Of a stretch of 64,000 nucleotides of DNA, positions 20,906-31,643 are shown piece by piece (within the stretch, counting starts at the first letter, position 1; every line of letters starts with the position of its first letter). The DNA is taken from NCBI GenBank assembly GCA_963848135.1, contig CAWKCK010000018.1, positions 200,938 through 264,937 on the forward strand. Direction: 5' to 3'. This DNA is from an uncultured delta proteobacterium (lineage in GTDB: Bacteria > Desulfobacterota > Desulfobacteria > Desulfobacterales > SG8-13). Below the pieces are notes generated by a model, which saw nothing but the letters and a program-made list of their open reading frames with translations, was not told where the DNA came from and did no database searches. Both the position numbers and the translations under genes were made by a program.

Positions 20906-21541
20906 TTAGGACTTTAGCACCTGCCGAAGGCCGATCAGGATTTCGTTCTGAACCGTACGGGGGTCGTGTGACGCATCGACGACATAAAAACGCTCCGGTT
21001 CGCTGCGAGCGATGGTCTGGTAGCCGGCGCGGATCTTTTCATGAAAAGTCAGTGCTTCCTCTTCAAACCGGCTTTCATCTCCGGTCCGCCCACCGTTTTT
21101 GATTTGAGCCCAGGCTCTTGCCAGCCCGATTTCCGGTGACACATCCAGCAGGATGGTTAAATCCGGCTTCAAGGCACCAAGGATTGCCTGGTGAATCCGC
21201 CGGATCAACTCTAAATCCAATCCTCGTGCGTATCCTTGATAGACGATCGTCGCATCGTAGAAGCGGTCACACAGAACCGTACGCCCGGCCGTCAGGGCAG
21301 GCATGATGATTTTATGCACATGTTCGACCCGATCAGCCTCATATAGAAAAAGCTCGGCCAGGGGATCGATCTGTCGGTTGGCCGGATTCAAAAGGATCGC
21401 ACGAATATTCTCTCCGATGCCGGTCCCACCCGGTTCGCGTGTGACCAGGACATTGTGACCCTGGTTTTCCAGAAAACGGCGGATGTTGCCCAATTGGGTG
21501 GATTTTCCCGAGCCTTCAATACCTTCCAGGGTGATAAACAT
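20906..21541 (-). CDS. tmk: Thymidylate kinase
   Basis: FITLEGIEGSGKST, TREPGG, LCDRF motifs. Confidence 0.96.
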   Translation of the reverse strand: MFITLEGIEGSGKSTQLGNIRRFLENQGHNVLVTREPGGTGIGENIRAILLNPANRQIDPLAELFLYEADRVEHVHKIIMPALTAGRTVLCDRFYDATIVYQGYARGLDLELIRRIHQAILGALKPDLTILLDVSPEIGLARAWAQIKNGGRTGDESRFEEEALTFHEKIRAGYQTIARSEPERFYVVDASHDPRTVQNEILIGLRQVLKS

Positions 21542-21544
21542 TTT

Positions 21545-22510
21545 CTAATCCTGTCCCCCAATTTCGCTGCGGCCGCGGTAGAAATGCCGTTCCAGAAGGC
21601 GATGATAGGATGTCCAAGGCTCGTTGGGATTCTCACCGGCCATGAAATCACGAATGCCGTTAACGCGAGCATCGATTTCATCGATATAATTGAGCAGCAC
21701 GGCCTCGATGGTCTTGGGTGGTTCCGGGGATCCGAATTCACGGGCGCCGTGATGACTGATGATCATATGCTTCAGCAATACAGCCTGTAGTGGTGGAAAA
21801 TCCTCTAGCATGCGCAGCTTTTCCTCGAGAATCTGGACGGCAATAACAATGTGGCTGACCAGCCGGCCTTCATCAGAATAATCGATCTTCGAATCGTATT
21901 CAAACTCGCGAATTTTTCCGATATCGTGCAGAATTGCCCCGGCGATCAACATATCTCTATCGATACCGCTGTAATGGGGAATGATCCGGTCCGCCAGAAC
22001 GGTCATTGACAGGGTGTGTTCCAGCAAGCCCCCGAGATAGGCGTGGTGCATTTTTTTTGCTGCCGGCGCTGTCTTAAAGGCCCGGGTAATTGAATCGTCT
22101 GCCCAGAAAAGATCAAACAGCCGCTTAAGGTGAGAGTTGTTCAAACCGTCGGTTATTTCCACCAGGCGGGCGAACATCTTGTCTACATCCCGGCTGGTGG
22201 CCGGCACGTAATCCACCGGGTCCACCGCTTCCGGCGGGCTGACCGCCATGTCCTTGACAACAAATTGGAGGGCGCCTTTATATTCCGCGATGGAGCCCTT
22301 GACGCGGACGAATTCACCGGGATTGGCGGTGCCGGCAATCCGGTCGACATGATCCCATACAACACCTTTTATCCGCCCGGTTCTATCGGCCAGTGAAATG
22401 GTAAGGTAATTTTCGCCGTTACGTTTTTGGGCGAGGTTCTTTTCAGCCAAAACAAAAATTTCCTCGACGGTATCGCCTGCCCGTAAATCTTGGGTGAATA
22501 TATTTTTCAT
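21545..22510 (-). CDS. 3'-5' exoribonuclease YhaM family (OB fold + HD domain)
   Basis: N-terminal OB fold, HHAYLGGLLEH, LHDIGK, SHHG motifs. Confidence 0.88.
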   Translation of the reverse strand: MKNIFTQDLRAGDTVEEIFVLAEKNLAQKRNGENYLTISLADRTGRIKGVVWDHVDRIAGTANPGEFVRVKGSIAEYKGALQFVVKDMAVSPPEAVDPVDYVPATSRDVDKMFARLVEITDGLNNSHLKRLFDLFWADDSITRAFKTAPAAKKMHHAYLGGLLEHTLSMTVLADRIIPHYSGIDRDMLIAGAILHDIGKIREFEYDSKIDYSDEGRLVSHIVIAVQILEEKLRMLEDFPPLQAVLLKHMIISHHGAREFGSPEPPKTIEAVLLNYIDEIDARVNGIRDFMAGENPNEPWTSYHRLLERHFYRGRSEIGGQD

Positions 22511-22580
22511 GTTCTCACTATCTGTAATGATCTATATTTAATATATTGAAACTATCATGCGATCGGGGGGCGAATTCGGA

Positions 22581-23347
22581 TTACAGTTCGACCACCCATC
22601 TCTTTATTTCGGATAAGGCGTCGTAATCGGTCATATCGCATTTGATAGGTGTAATGGAAATAAATTTTTCTTCCAATGCCCTACCATCACTGTCCGGGAT
22701 CTTTTCAAATCGCTGGACGTCACAGCTTTGCCAATAATAAGGACGGTTACGCGGATCGATACGTTTATCAAAGATTTCCACTGAATCGGCCAGACCTTGG
22801 CGACTGACACGCACTCCGGCAATATCCTCGATGGCCGTGTTAGGAATATTGACATTCAAAAACGTTCCGGACGGCAATCCGGTTTGACGAACTTTGTCGA
22901 TAAGTCTGGCAATAAAACTGGCGGCCTCATCATAATGAACGTATGAACCGTGTCGTTGACTTCCATCGATACAGCAAGTGCCGGGACACCACAAAGCGTG
23001 GCTTCTTTTGCCGCGGCCACAGTACCGGAATAGTTTATATTGACACCCACATTGGCCCCTGGATTTATCCCTGATATGACCATGTCCGGCTTTGTGCCGA
23101 GGAGCTCAATCAAGGCCAATTTTACGCAATCGGCCGGCGTTCCGCTTACAGCATAACCGTTGCCTCCACCGTTTGCGAGGACCCAGGATGCACGGATCGG
23201 TTGGTTTAACGTAATCGCATGTCCGATCGCGCTGCGTTCCCGGTCGGGCGCCACCACCGTCACAGTGTGAAAGTCCTTGAGTCTCCGGTAAAGCGCCCAC
23301 AAACCCTCGAAGTAAATGCCATCGTCATTCGTCAGCAATATGTTCAT
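22581..23347 (-). pseudogene. surE: 5'/3'-nucleotidase SurE, frameshifted near 22935-22951
   Basis: [27 protein letters not shown] in one frame; LNVNIP...SITP in another; junction is an 8-nt near-tandem duplication. Confidence 0.85.
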
Positions 23348-23448
23348 GTCGGTATCCGTTCTTGACTTTTTCCAACAGGTTGGCTTTTATACTGCAAATT
23401 CTCACCAGGTTCAACTGGGTTTCCCAAATTACCGCCACAGAAGGTCTG

Positions 23449-25791
23449 ATGACGCATCCATCCGCATTAACCACCACGCTCATCACTCAGCACCAGGATG
23501 AGAAATCCGGCAGGGTCATTCAGGCTCTGCATTCGCGATTCGGCGCTATCTTCCTACTGGTGCACTGTATCTGCCTGATATTGAGTATCACCCCGCTTGA
23601 GGCCCAGGACATCGACACCTTCATGGACAGCTTTAAAGGGGACGATTCCGCACTGCCATGGATCATAGAGGCCGACACGCTCAATTACAATGACATCAGC
23701 AGTCAATACACCGCTGAGGGGCGTGTCGTCATTCGCAAAGGCGATCGCGTTATCAGTGCTGACCGGATCCATTTCGACAAACAGAACATGACCGCCATGG
23801 CCGAGGGAAATGTTCGCGCGACAGCCGGCAGTGACTTTTTGACCGGCCAGCGGGTCGAACTCGACTTGCTGAAAAAAACCGGTACGGTTTATGATGGCTA
23901 TCTATATCTGCGGGAGAACAATTTTCACATCAAGGGCCAAACCATTCGCAAGACCGGTGAAGATACTTACGAAATCGAAAAAGCCAGCCTGACCACCTGT
24001 GATGGCGATCTGCCGGATTGGCGTATCACCGGCAACAGAGTCCGCGTCACAGTTGAAGGATTCGGCGAAGTCAGGGGCGCTACACTGCGTGCCAGAAGAT
24101 GGCCGGTTCTCTATTCTCCGATCCTTTTCTTTCCGGCCAAGACCAAGCGCCAGTCGGGCCTGCTGTTCCCCCAAATGGGGGTTTCCGATCGATGGGGATA
24201 CTTTATCAACCAGCCGCTTTTCTGGGCCATCAACGACAGCGCCGATGCCACGTTCTATGCAAATTACATGACCGAACGTGGCATCAAAATGGGCGGAGAA
24301 ACACGATACTTCTTGAGCGAAACCACCAAAGGTGCCTGGATGCTCGATTACCTCAACGACCACAAAATAGATAACGGTCTGGATGATTCCAGCGAAAAAT
24401 GGGGCTATGTGGGCGATGGCGTCCTGCGTCCCAACCGGGATCGGTACTGGTTCAGGGGCGGGCATTATTTCTCGGCCCCCATGGGCATGCGTGCCAGGCT
24501 CGAACTTGATATCGTCAGCGATCAGGATTACCTGACGGAATTCAAAAGCGGCTATTCGGGATTTGATACCTCCCGTGAGTACTTCCTACGCACTTTCAAC
24601 CGACAGTTGGATGATTTCACCAATCCGGACCGACTGAACCGCTTCGATCTTGCCCGCACTTGGGACAAGTACAACCTGGACATCGACTTCCGCTGGACAG
24701 ACGATGCGGTCAAACGACGCTTCGAGGAGACCGATGATACGCTGCAGCGGTTGCCGCTGATCCTTTTCACCGGCATCAAACAGCAAGTTTTCTCCTCGCA
24801 GTTTTTCTTCGACATCAACTCCAACTACAATTTTTTTTACCGCAAGGACGGCGACCGCGGGCAACGTCTGGATGTGTATCCACGCCTTTACAGGCCATTG
24901 CGCTTTGGTCGTTATTTTACCCTCGAACCATCCATCGGGCTTCGGGAAACCCTCTGGTGGGTTTCTCCGGAGGAGAATTCTGTCTTGGGAAACAACGGCG
25001 ACCGCTTTCTAAACCGATCTTTGTGGGACGGCAGAGCGGAAATGACCTCAGAAATATTCAATGTCTTCAACGTTGATCGGAAAAGGATCGAGAAGATAAA
25101 ACACACCATTCGACCGAAAATAATTTACCAATACACGCCCGACATCGAACAAGCGGATCTTCCCAGCTTCGATGCCATCGACCGCATCCTGCCCGAAAAT
25201 ATTGTCACCTACTCCATTACCAATTTTTTAATTTCCCGGGCCCTCCAACTCTCGGGGAACAAAGAAGACGACCGCGCGTCTCCCCGATACACTTACAACC
25301 AGTTCTTCCGCTTCAAGCTCGAACAGAGCTATGATTTCAATGAATCCCGAGGTATCGGCATAGAGGCTGGTGAGGATCGGCGTCCATTTTCACCCATCGG
25401 CGCTGAGCTCGATATTTTTTGGTTGCCCGAGGTTGTCCTTGACTCGGATGCAAAATGGGATATCTACGACAACCGGCTCGATGAGGGCAACGTCGGATTG
25501 CGGCTATCGGATTTACGCGGAGATACGCTGGCGGCAGAGTATCGCTATACCCGTTTTGAAACGGAATCCATATACGCAGACTTGCTCATCCGGTGGAATG
25601 AGGCCGTGTCGACCGGTTTCCTGTACGAACGGAACCTCCGCACGGGTAAACGGTTGCAGGCTGGTGCCAGATTGCTCTATCGTGCTGGTTGCTGGGGCAT
25701 CGGCATCAATTATCTCGATGAACCGTTCAACCGCAGAATAGAATTTTCAATTGAGCTTTTCGGCCTGGGTGAGTTTAAGACCGCCTACTAA
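23449..25791 (+). CDS. lptD: LPS-assembly protein LptD
   Basis: OstA-like N-domain (IEADTL, TTCD...W), RQSGLLFP, large beta-barrel ending ...GCWG...LFGLG. Confidence 0.88.
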   Translation: MTHPSALTTTLITQHQDEKSGRVIQALHSRFGAIFLLVHCICLILSITPLEAQDIDTFMDSFKGDDSALPWIIEADTLNYNDISSQYTAEGRVVIRKGDRVISADRIHFDKQNMTAMAEGNVRATAGSDFLTGQRVELDLLKKTGTVYDGYLYLRENNFHIKGQTIRKTGEDTYEIEKASLTTCDGDLPDWRITGNRVRVTVEGFGEVRGATLRARRWPVLYSPILFFPAKTKRQSGLLFPQMGVSDRWGYFINQPLFWAINDSADATFYANYMTERGIKMGGETRYFLSETTKGAWMLDYLNDHKIDNGLDDSSEKWGYVGDGVLRPNRDRYWFRGGHYFSAPMGMRARLELDIVSDQDYLTEFKSGYSGFDTSREYFLRTFNRQLDDFTNPDRLNRFDLARTWDKYNLDIDFRWTDDAVKRRFEETDDTLQRLPLILFTGIKQQVFSSQFFFDINSNYNFFYRKDGDRGQRLDVYPRLYRPLRFGRYFTLEPSIGLRETLWWVSPEENSVLGNNGDRFLNRSLWDGRAEMTSEIFNVFNVDRKRIEKIKHTIRPKIIYQYTPDIEQADLPSFDAIDRILPENIVTYSITNFLISRALQLSGNKEDDRASPRYTYNQFFRFKLEQSYDFNESRGIGIEAGEDRRPFSPIGAELDIFWLPEVVLDSDAKWDIYDNRLDEGNVGLRLSDLRGDTLAAEYRYTRFETESIYADLLIRWNEAVSTGFLYERNLRTGKRLQAGARLLYRAGCWGIGINYLDEPFNRRIEFSIELFGLGEFKTAY

Positions 25792-25816
25792 ATAGACGAG
25801 AGAAAGCCACAGAACA

Positions 25817-26341
25817 ATGATAAAAGTACTTCAGCCAACCTGGTATGTTCTTCACACCAAGAGCCGTTTTGAAAATGTGGTTCATGACGCTTTATTCAAA
25901 AAAAATATCGAAGTGTATCTGCCGAAAATCAAGGTCAAGAGCAAGCGCCGTGACCGCCGAATGATGATCCGGGTCCCTCTCTTTCCCGGATACGTATTCG
26001 TTAAATCGGACTTGACCCCTTATCGACATCTCGACATTGTCAAGACAGTTGGTGCGGTTCGCCTTATCGGTACGAAAAGCGGTCCGGTGCCAGTCCCGGA
26101 AGACACCATCGAATCGCTGAAAATCATGGTTTCGGTTGATCAGCCTGTAACCACCGGTAACCGATTGCGAAAGGGCGACCGGGTTATGGTCTTGAACGGT
26201 CCTCTTGCAGGGGTCACCGGAACCTTTGTCCGATATCGCGGCAAAGGGCGGGTGGTCGTCAATATTGATGCCCTGGGCCAGTATGCCGGGGTGGATGTCG
26301 AAGAGAACGATGTCGAACGCATGCCCGACATAATGTCATAA
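25817..26341 (+). CDS. NusG-paralog transcription antiterminator (UpxY/RfaH/LoaP-like)
   Basis: WYVLHTKSRFE, PLFPGYVFV NGN domain, KOW motif GDRVMVLNGPLAG. Confidence 0.88.
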   Translation: MIKVLQPTWYVLHTKSRFENVVHDALFKKNIEVYLPKIKVKSKRRDRRMMIRVPLFPGYVFVKSDLTPYRHLDIVKTVGAVRLIGTKSGPVPVPEDTIESLKIMVSVDQPVTTGNRLRKGDRVMVLNGPLAGVTGTFVRYRGKGRVVVNIDALGQYAGVDVEENDVERMPDIMS

Positions 26342-26419
26342 CTGCTTGACTTTTTATCAAGATTTGATTTATAAATATTAAATGAACGTCGTCCACTCAT
26401 TTTGTGAGAAGGAGGATAT

Positions 26420-26701
26420 ATGAACAAATTGGAACTGATTTCAGCGTTGAAGACTGAAGCGAATATATCAAAATCTGAAGCGGCAAAGGTCATTCAGATT
26501 TTTTTTGACAGGATGGCAGATGCATTGGCCGTAGGTGAAAGGGTTGAGATACGCGGGTTATGCAGCTTCTTCGTCAAGGAATACAAAGCCTACACCGGTA
26601 GAAACCCCAAGACCGGCGAAAAGGTCCTCATACAACCCAAAAAGCTTCCGTTTTTCAAGTCAGGCAAAGAGCTGCGCGAACGGGTAGACACGGCTATTTA
26701 A
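26420..26701 (+). CDS. ihfB: Integration host factor beta / HU family protein
   Basis: MNKLELI, RVEIRG, GRNPKTGE, PFFKSGKELRERV. Confidence 0.85.
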   Translation: MNKLELISALKTEANISKSEAAKVIQIFFDRMADALAVGERVEIRGLCSFFVKEYKAYTGRNPKTGEKVLIQPKKLPFFKSGKELRERVDTAI

Positions 26702-26705
26702 TCCT

Positions 26706-27764
26706 GTGGCCAGTTCTGCAACGATTATGAACCAGGATCGACCCTTTCAGATCCTAAAAAACCTCTTCGAGAAAGCATCGATTCCCCATGCGCTCCTGTT
26801 TACGGGATTGGCAGGGGTCGGAAAACGAACGGCCGCCAATGCGTTCGCAATGATCTGCAATTGCACCGCAATCACGGCCACCCAGGGTATCAGCGCGACA
26901 GGTCCTGTGCCATTCGCATCGTGCGGTAAGTGTTCATCGTGCAGGAAAATTATCGCCGGAAACCATCCGGATATTCTGCACATCAAACCTGCCGGTCAGT
27001 ATATCAAAATCGCCCAAATTCGCGGTCTTATCGAAACGCTGGCGATGAAACCCTATGAGGCTCAGTTGCGTGTCGTCATTATTGCCGAGGCCCAGTCCTT
27101 GAACCCTTCCGCCGGCAATGCCCTGCTCAAAATGCTCGAAGAGCCCCCTGACCGGACCCTACTGATCCTCACCGCACCACAGAAAGCCGATGTGCTGCCG
27201 ACGATCGTTTCACGGTGCCAAATTGTGCGCTTCAATCCTGTGTCACGCGAATCAATCGCTGCTGAACTGACAGAAACCCACAATATGCTACCGGAAAATG
27301 CGAAGGTCTTATCGGCCATGGCGGATGGCAGCATGAACCGGGCCATCGAATTGCATCGATCCGGTTGGCTCCGTTATCGCGATTGGTTGATCGACGCATC
27401 CGGATGCGAGGAGATCGAAAAGATCGGCACCCGCCCAACCGGGATGCTACTGGCTTTTGCGGAAAAATTGTTTGTGCGTAAGACCCAGGTGGCGCTCGCC
27501 CTGGAAACCATGCTGACCTGGTTGCGGGACATCATTGTTTGCCGCCATGATCCAGAAAGGGTGGTCAACACCGATTTGATTGACAAGCTGAGGAAAGTAT
27601 CGCAAAAGATGTCCGAAGCGGTCTTGTTGGAAAAAATGGAAATCATCCTTGCGGCCCAAAAAGAAATCGATGCCAATTCCAACTTGCGGCTGACCCTGGA
27701 AGTGATGATGTTGCGACTGGCACGCACTCGACCCGAAAATATCATTTTGGAAAAGAATATATAA
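26706..27764 (+). CDS. holB: DNA polymerase III delta' subunit
   Basis: HALLFTG, CGKCSSC zinc site, HPD, NALLKMLEEP, TIVSRC. Confidence 0.93.
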   Translation: MASSATIMNQDRPFQILKNLFEKASIPHALLFTGLAGVGKRTAANAFAMICNCTAITATQGISATGPVPFASCGKCSSCRKIIAGNHPDILHIKPAGQYIKIAQIRGLIETLAMKPYEAQLRVVIIAEAQSLNPSAGNALLKMLEEPPDRTLLILTAPQKADVLPTIVSRCQIVRFNPVSRESIAAELTETHNMLPENAKVLSAMADGSMNRAIELHRSGWLRYRDWLIDASGCEEIEKIGTRPTGMLLAFAEKLFVRKTQVALALETMLTWLRDIIVCRHDPERVVNTDLIDKLRKVSQKMSEAVLLEKMEIILAAQKEIDANSNLRLTLEVMMLRLARTRPENIILEKNI

Positions 27765-28568
27765 ATGAGTAAAAAAGTTGGTATCCGATTCAAACCGGCC
27801 GGTAAAGTATACGACTTCGACAGCGGGGCATTTGTATTGAAATGCGGCGATCAGGTTATCGTCGAAACAGAGCAAGGATTGAGTTTTGGCGCTGTGGCCG
27901 TTGCTCCGCAACCGATTGATCAAGATCCACCGGAAAAACCGCTTAAAAAAGTTCACCGACTGGCCAACGACAATGATGTGCGCCAAATTAGTACCAATAT
28001 GGAAGACGAAAAAAAAGCGCATATCTACTGCCTTGATTGCATCAAGAAGCTCGGTTTACCGATGAACCTGTTTGCCGTCGAAAAATCCTTTGACGGAAGC
28101 AAATACACATTCTTCTTCACCTCGGATGGGCGAGTCGATTTTCGTCAATTGGTTAAAATGATGGTAAAACGCCTTAGCGTTCGCGTCGAAATGCGACAGG
28201 TGGGTATCCGTAACCAGACAAAGATGTGCGGGGGCATCGGTCGCTGCGGCCGGGAAATATGTTGTTCATCATTTCTGGACAAATTCGGACCGGTATCAAT
28301 ACGCATGGCCAAGGAACAGGACTTATCCCTCAATCCCACGAAGATATCAGGGCAATGCGGTCGGCTGATGTGCTGCTTGACGTACGAATTTGAAACGTAC
28401 AAAACGCTAAAAAAACGTTTTCCTAAAAACGGTAAGGTCGTTAAGACTCCGGCCGGCGAGGGAAAGGTTATCCGTCACAATGTTTTGGCCGAAATAGTGA
28501 CAGTGCGGATAGAGGGCGGCGCCGAAGTGGATGTTTGCCTGAAGGACGTCACTCAGCCGGGCCACTGA
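27765..28568 (+). CDS. PSP1-domain protein (RicT/YaaT family)
   Basis: RVDFRQLV, GRCGREICCS, KISGQCGRLMCCL; usual holB-PSP1-metG order. Confidence 0.92.
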   Translation: MSKKVGIRFKPAGKVYDFDSGAFVLKCGDQVIVETEQGLSFGAVAVAPQPIDQDPPEKPLKKVHRLANDNDVRQISTNMEDEKKAHIYCLDCIKKLGLPMNLFAVEKSFDGSKYTFFFTSDGRVDFRQLVKMMVKRLSVRVEMRQVGIRNQTKMCGGIGRCGREICCSSFLDKFGPVSIRMAKEQDLSLNPTKISGQCGRLMCCLTYEFETYKTLKKRFPKNGKVVKTPAGEGKVIRHNVLAEIVTVRIEGGAEVDVCLKDVTQPGH

Positions 28569-28762
28569 GACGCACCCGCAGACATCGCCGGTGTAAAAAG
28601 GCAAATTCGTTCTGCAAATGAAATTTGAGAGAGTAGGCGGCGCCTCGACATTGTTTCTGTACAGCCAAACCCTGTTATGATTTCATAAAACTTGCGAGTT
28701 AACAACACCTTCTCCCGACCGACGATAAACCTCAGCGATAAATTTCTCTACCAGGAGCGATC

Positions 28763-30685
28763 ATGACCGACAAGTTTTACATCACGACGCCGATCTATTA
28801 CGTCAATGCCAGGCCCCACCTCGGACATGCCTACACAACGATTATTGCGGATGTCGTTACCCGCTTCCACACGATGAAATCCGAAGAAACCTTCTTCCTC
28901 ACCGGGACGGATGAACATGGGGACAAGGTCGTACGGGCCGCAAGGAAAGAAAATATAAGCCCCAGAACATACGTTGACGGAATCAGCGGCCTTTTCCGAT
29001 CACTATGGCCGGAGCTCAATGTTTCCTATAGCCGTTTCATCCGTACGACGGAAAAAGAGCATATGACCGTGGTTGAAAGGATTCTTCAGAAAATTTATGA
29101 TGCCGGAGATATTTACTTCAGTGAATACGAAGGGCTGTATTGTTTTGGATGCGAACGTTTCTATACCGAACGAGAACTTATAGAGGGCAAGTGTCCGGAT
29201 CATGAAACAGCACCGGAAGCCATCAAGGAATCCAATTATTTTTTCAAGATGAGCCGTTACCAGGACTGGTTGATAGACCACATAAAAACACATCCGGATT
29301 TTATCCGACCGGAACGTTACAAAAACGAGGTACTGGCGTTTCTAAGAGACCCCCTTGAAGACCTGTGTATTTCGCGACCCAAGTCAAGGCTCAAGTGGGG
29401 GATTACGCTCCCCTTCGACGACAAATATGTCACTTATGTATGGTTCGATGCATTGCTTAACTACGTTTCGGCCCTCGGATACCCGGATGGAAATCTCTTC
29501 AGAAAATTCTGGCCCGTCGCTCAGCATATCGTCGCCAAGGATATTCTGAAACCCCACGGCATCTATTGGCCCATAATGCTCAAAGCCGCCGGCATCGATA
29601 TATACAGGCACCTGAATGTTCACGGCTATTGGAATATTGAACAGAGCAAAATGTCCAAAAGCTTGGGAAACGTGATTGAACCATTGGAGCTCAAGAACAT
29701 ATATGGACTCGACGCATTTCGATTTTTTCTGACCCGCGATATGACGTTCGGGCTCGATTCGAATTTTTCGGAAGACGCGCTGGTCCACCGTATCAACTCT
29801 GATTTGGCCAATGATTTAGGCAACCTGTTTTCAAGAACACTTACCATGGTCCATAAATATCTGGACGGCATTGTCCCGGAGGTAGCGGCCGACATAGAAG
29901 CCGAATTGGGCCTGGACCTTGAAGTGCATGCCAAGGAAACGATTTCTCAGTTCGCATCAGCGATGAATGAATTTGCCTTTCATCACGCGCTGCAGGCCGT
30001 ATGGAATTTCATCTCCCGAATGAATAAGCTTATCGACGTGATGGCGCCATGGGAACTTGCGAAAAAGGAATCCAGCCGCAACCAGCTCAATGCCGTTCTT
30101 TACAATTTACTGGAGGGCTTGCGGATCGTGTCAGGCCTAATCTATCCGGTAATGCCCGAAACGGCCAAAACCATGCACAAACACCTCGGGCTGAATCCTG
30201 ACTCGCCTTTTTATACCCTCGACAGGTTAAATCACTGGCATGGAATTGCGCCCGGCACGAAGCTTGCCAAGACGGTGATTCTTTTTCCGCGGATCGACCT
30301 CGAAAAATTAAAGACCGCCGGTGCTCACCAGGCAAATGAAGGGGATCCAATCCCCGACGTCAAACCCCAAATATCCATTGAAGACTTTGCCAAGATCGAT
30401 TTGAGGGTTGCCACGGTAATTAAGGCCGAAGCCGTTCCTCGGGCCAAGAAGCTTATCAAACTCGAAATCGATGTGGGAGAAAGAAGAACGATTGTCGCCG
30501 GTATCGCCGGCAGCTATACGCCCGAGGACCTTCAGGGCAAACAGATTGTTGTCGTGGCCAACCTCAAACCTGCCAAAATCATGGGTATTCTGTCTAACGG
30601 AATGTTGCTTGCCGCAGTCGGTGATGCCCGGACAAGCATTGTCACACCGAATCGGCCGATGAAACCCGGGACGCAGCTAAAATAA
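28763..30685 (+). CDS. metG: Methionine--tRNA ligase
   Basis: FYITTPIYY, HLGH, KMSKS, C-terminal tRNA-binding domain. Confidence 0.97.
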   Translation: MTDKFYITTPIYYVNARPHLGHAYTTIIADVVTRFHTMKSEETFFLTGTDEHGDKVVRAARKENISPRTYVDGISGLFRSLWPELNVSYSRFIRTTEKEHMTVVERILQKIYDAGDIYFSEYEGLYCFGCERFYTERELIEGKCPDHETAPEAIKESNYFFKMSRYQDWLIDHIKTHPDFIRPERYKNEVLAFLRDPLEDLCISRPKSRLKWGITLPFDDKYVTYVWFDALLNYVSALGYPDGNLFRKFWPVAQHIVAKDILKPHGIYWPIMLKAAGIDIYRHLNVHGYWNIEQSKMSKSLGNVIEPLELKNIYGLDAFRFFLTRDMTFGLDSNFSEDALVHRINSDLANDLGNLFSRTLTMVHKYLDGIVPEVAADIEAELGLDLEVHAKETISQFASAMNEFAFHHALQAVWNFISRMNKLIDVMAPWELAKKESSRNQLNAVLYNLLEGLRIVSGLIYPVMPETAKTMHKHLGLNPDSPFYTLDRLNHWHGIAPGTKLAKTVILFPRIDLEKLKTAGAHQANEGDPIPDVKPQISIEDFAKIDLRVATVIKAEAVPRAKKLIKLEIDVGERRTIVAGIAGSYTPEDLQGKQIVVVANLKPAKIMGILSNGMLLAAVGDARTSIVTPNRPMKPGTQLK

Positions 30686-30852
30686 ACGCTGGAAGATTTC
30701 ATTTGAAATCATCGCCAGAAATATAGCGTTCGAACCGGCGCAAACGTCACCATAAAGGATCATTGCTTAGTATCTGATCCCTATCGTCAATTTAGGCAAC
30801 CGTTTTGGCCGTTTTGATTTTCACATTGAGTTAAAACCTGGTAAAATAAGGC

Positions 30853-31614
30853 ATGCTCGCATTTCCCCAATGCTTAGGTATTATACCAGCGCGTTACGGA
30901 TCTCAGCGTTTCCCCGGGAAACCCCTGGTGGATATTCTCGGGAAACCGATGTTCTGGCATGTTTACAACCGGGCCCGTCGGTGTCCCGAACTGACACGCG
31001 TGGTGTTGGCCACGGATGACGCACGGATCTACACTGCAGCTGAAGGACTCGACGTCCCTGTGGTCATGACCCGGAAAGATCACCCCAGCGGCACAGACCG
31101 GGTCCTGGAAGCCGCCGAGCACCTCGGTGTCCGCGATGAAGCGGTCGTTGTCAACATCCAGGGGGACGAGCCGTCGCTGGAACCGGGTATGTTGAGTGAA
31201 CTTTTAGCGCCCTTTGCGAACGCGACGACTCGGGTGGCAACCCTTGTACGGAAAGCGACCGCAGCAGACGTCGAATCCGCCGATGCGGTTAAAGTCGTCT
31301 TTTCCAAGAGCGGTAAAGCGCTTTACTTCTCCCGTTCATTCATTCCCTTCCACAGAGACATGCCACCAGAATACGTTTATCGGCACATTGGCATGTATGC
31401 ATTCCGAAAAGAAACCCTTAAAAAATTCGTCACATTCGGGCCAAGTTCCCTGGAACAAACCGAAAAGCTCGAACAGCTTCGCCTGTTGGAAAACGACATC
31501 CCCATTCAGGTTGTGGTGACCACCAGCCGCAGCGTGGATGTTAATCGACCGGAGGACATCGATACTGTCAGCCGGATTCTGTCAGCCGGCGGGTGTAAAA
31601 CACCATCGATCTGA
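30853..31614 (+). CDS. kdsB: 3-deoxy-manno-octulosonate cytidylyltransferase
   Basis: [35 protein letters not shown] motifs. Confidence 0.95.
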   Translation: MLAFPQCLGIIPARYGSQRFPGKPLVDILGKPMFWHVYNRARRCPELTRVVLATDDARIYTAAEGLDVPVVMTRKDHPSGTDRVLEAAEHLGVRDEAVVVNIQGDEPSLEPGMLSELLAPFANATTRVATLVRKATAADVESADAVKVVFSKSGKALYFSRSFIPFHRDMPPEYVYRHIGMYAFRKETLKKFVTFGPSSLEQTEKLEQLRLLENDIPIQVVVTTSRSVDVNRPEDIDTVSRILSAGGCKTPSI

Positions 31615-31643
31615 AATTTATCCTGAATCAGGAGTTTAACCAT

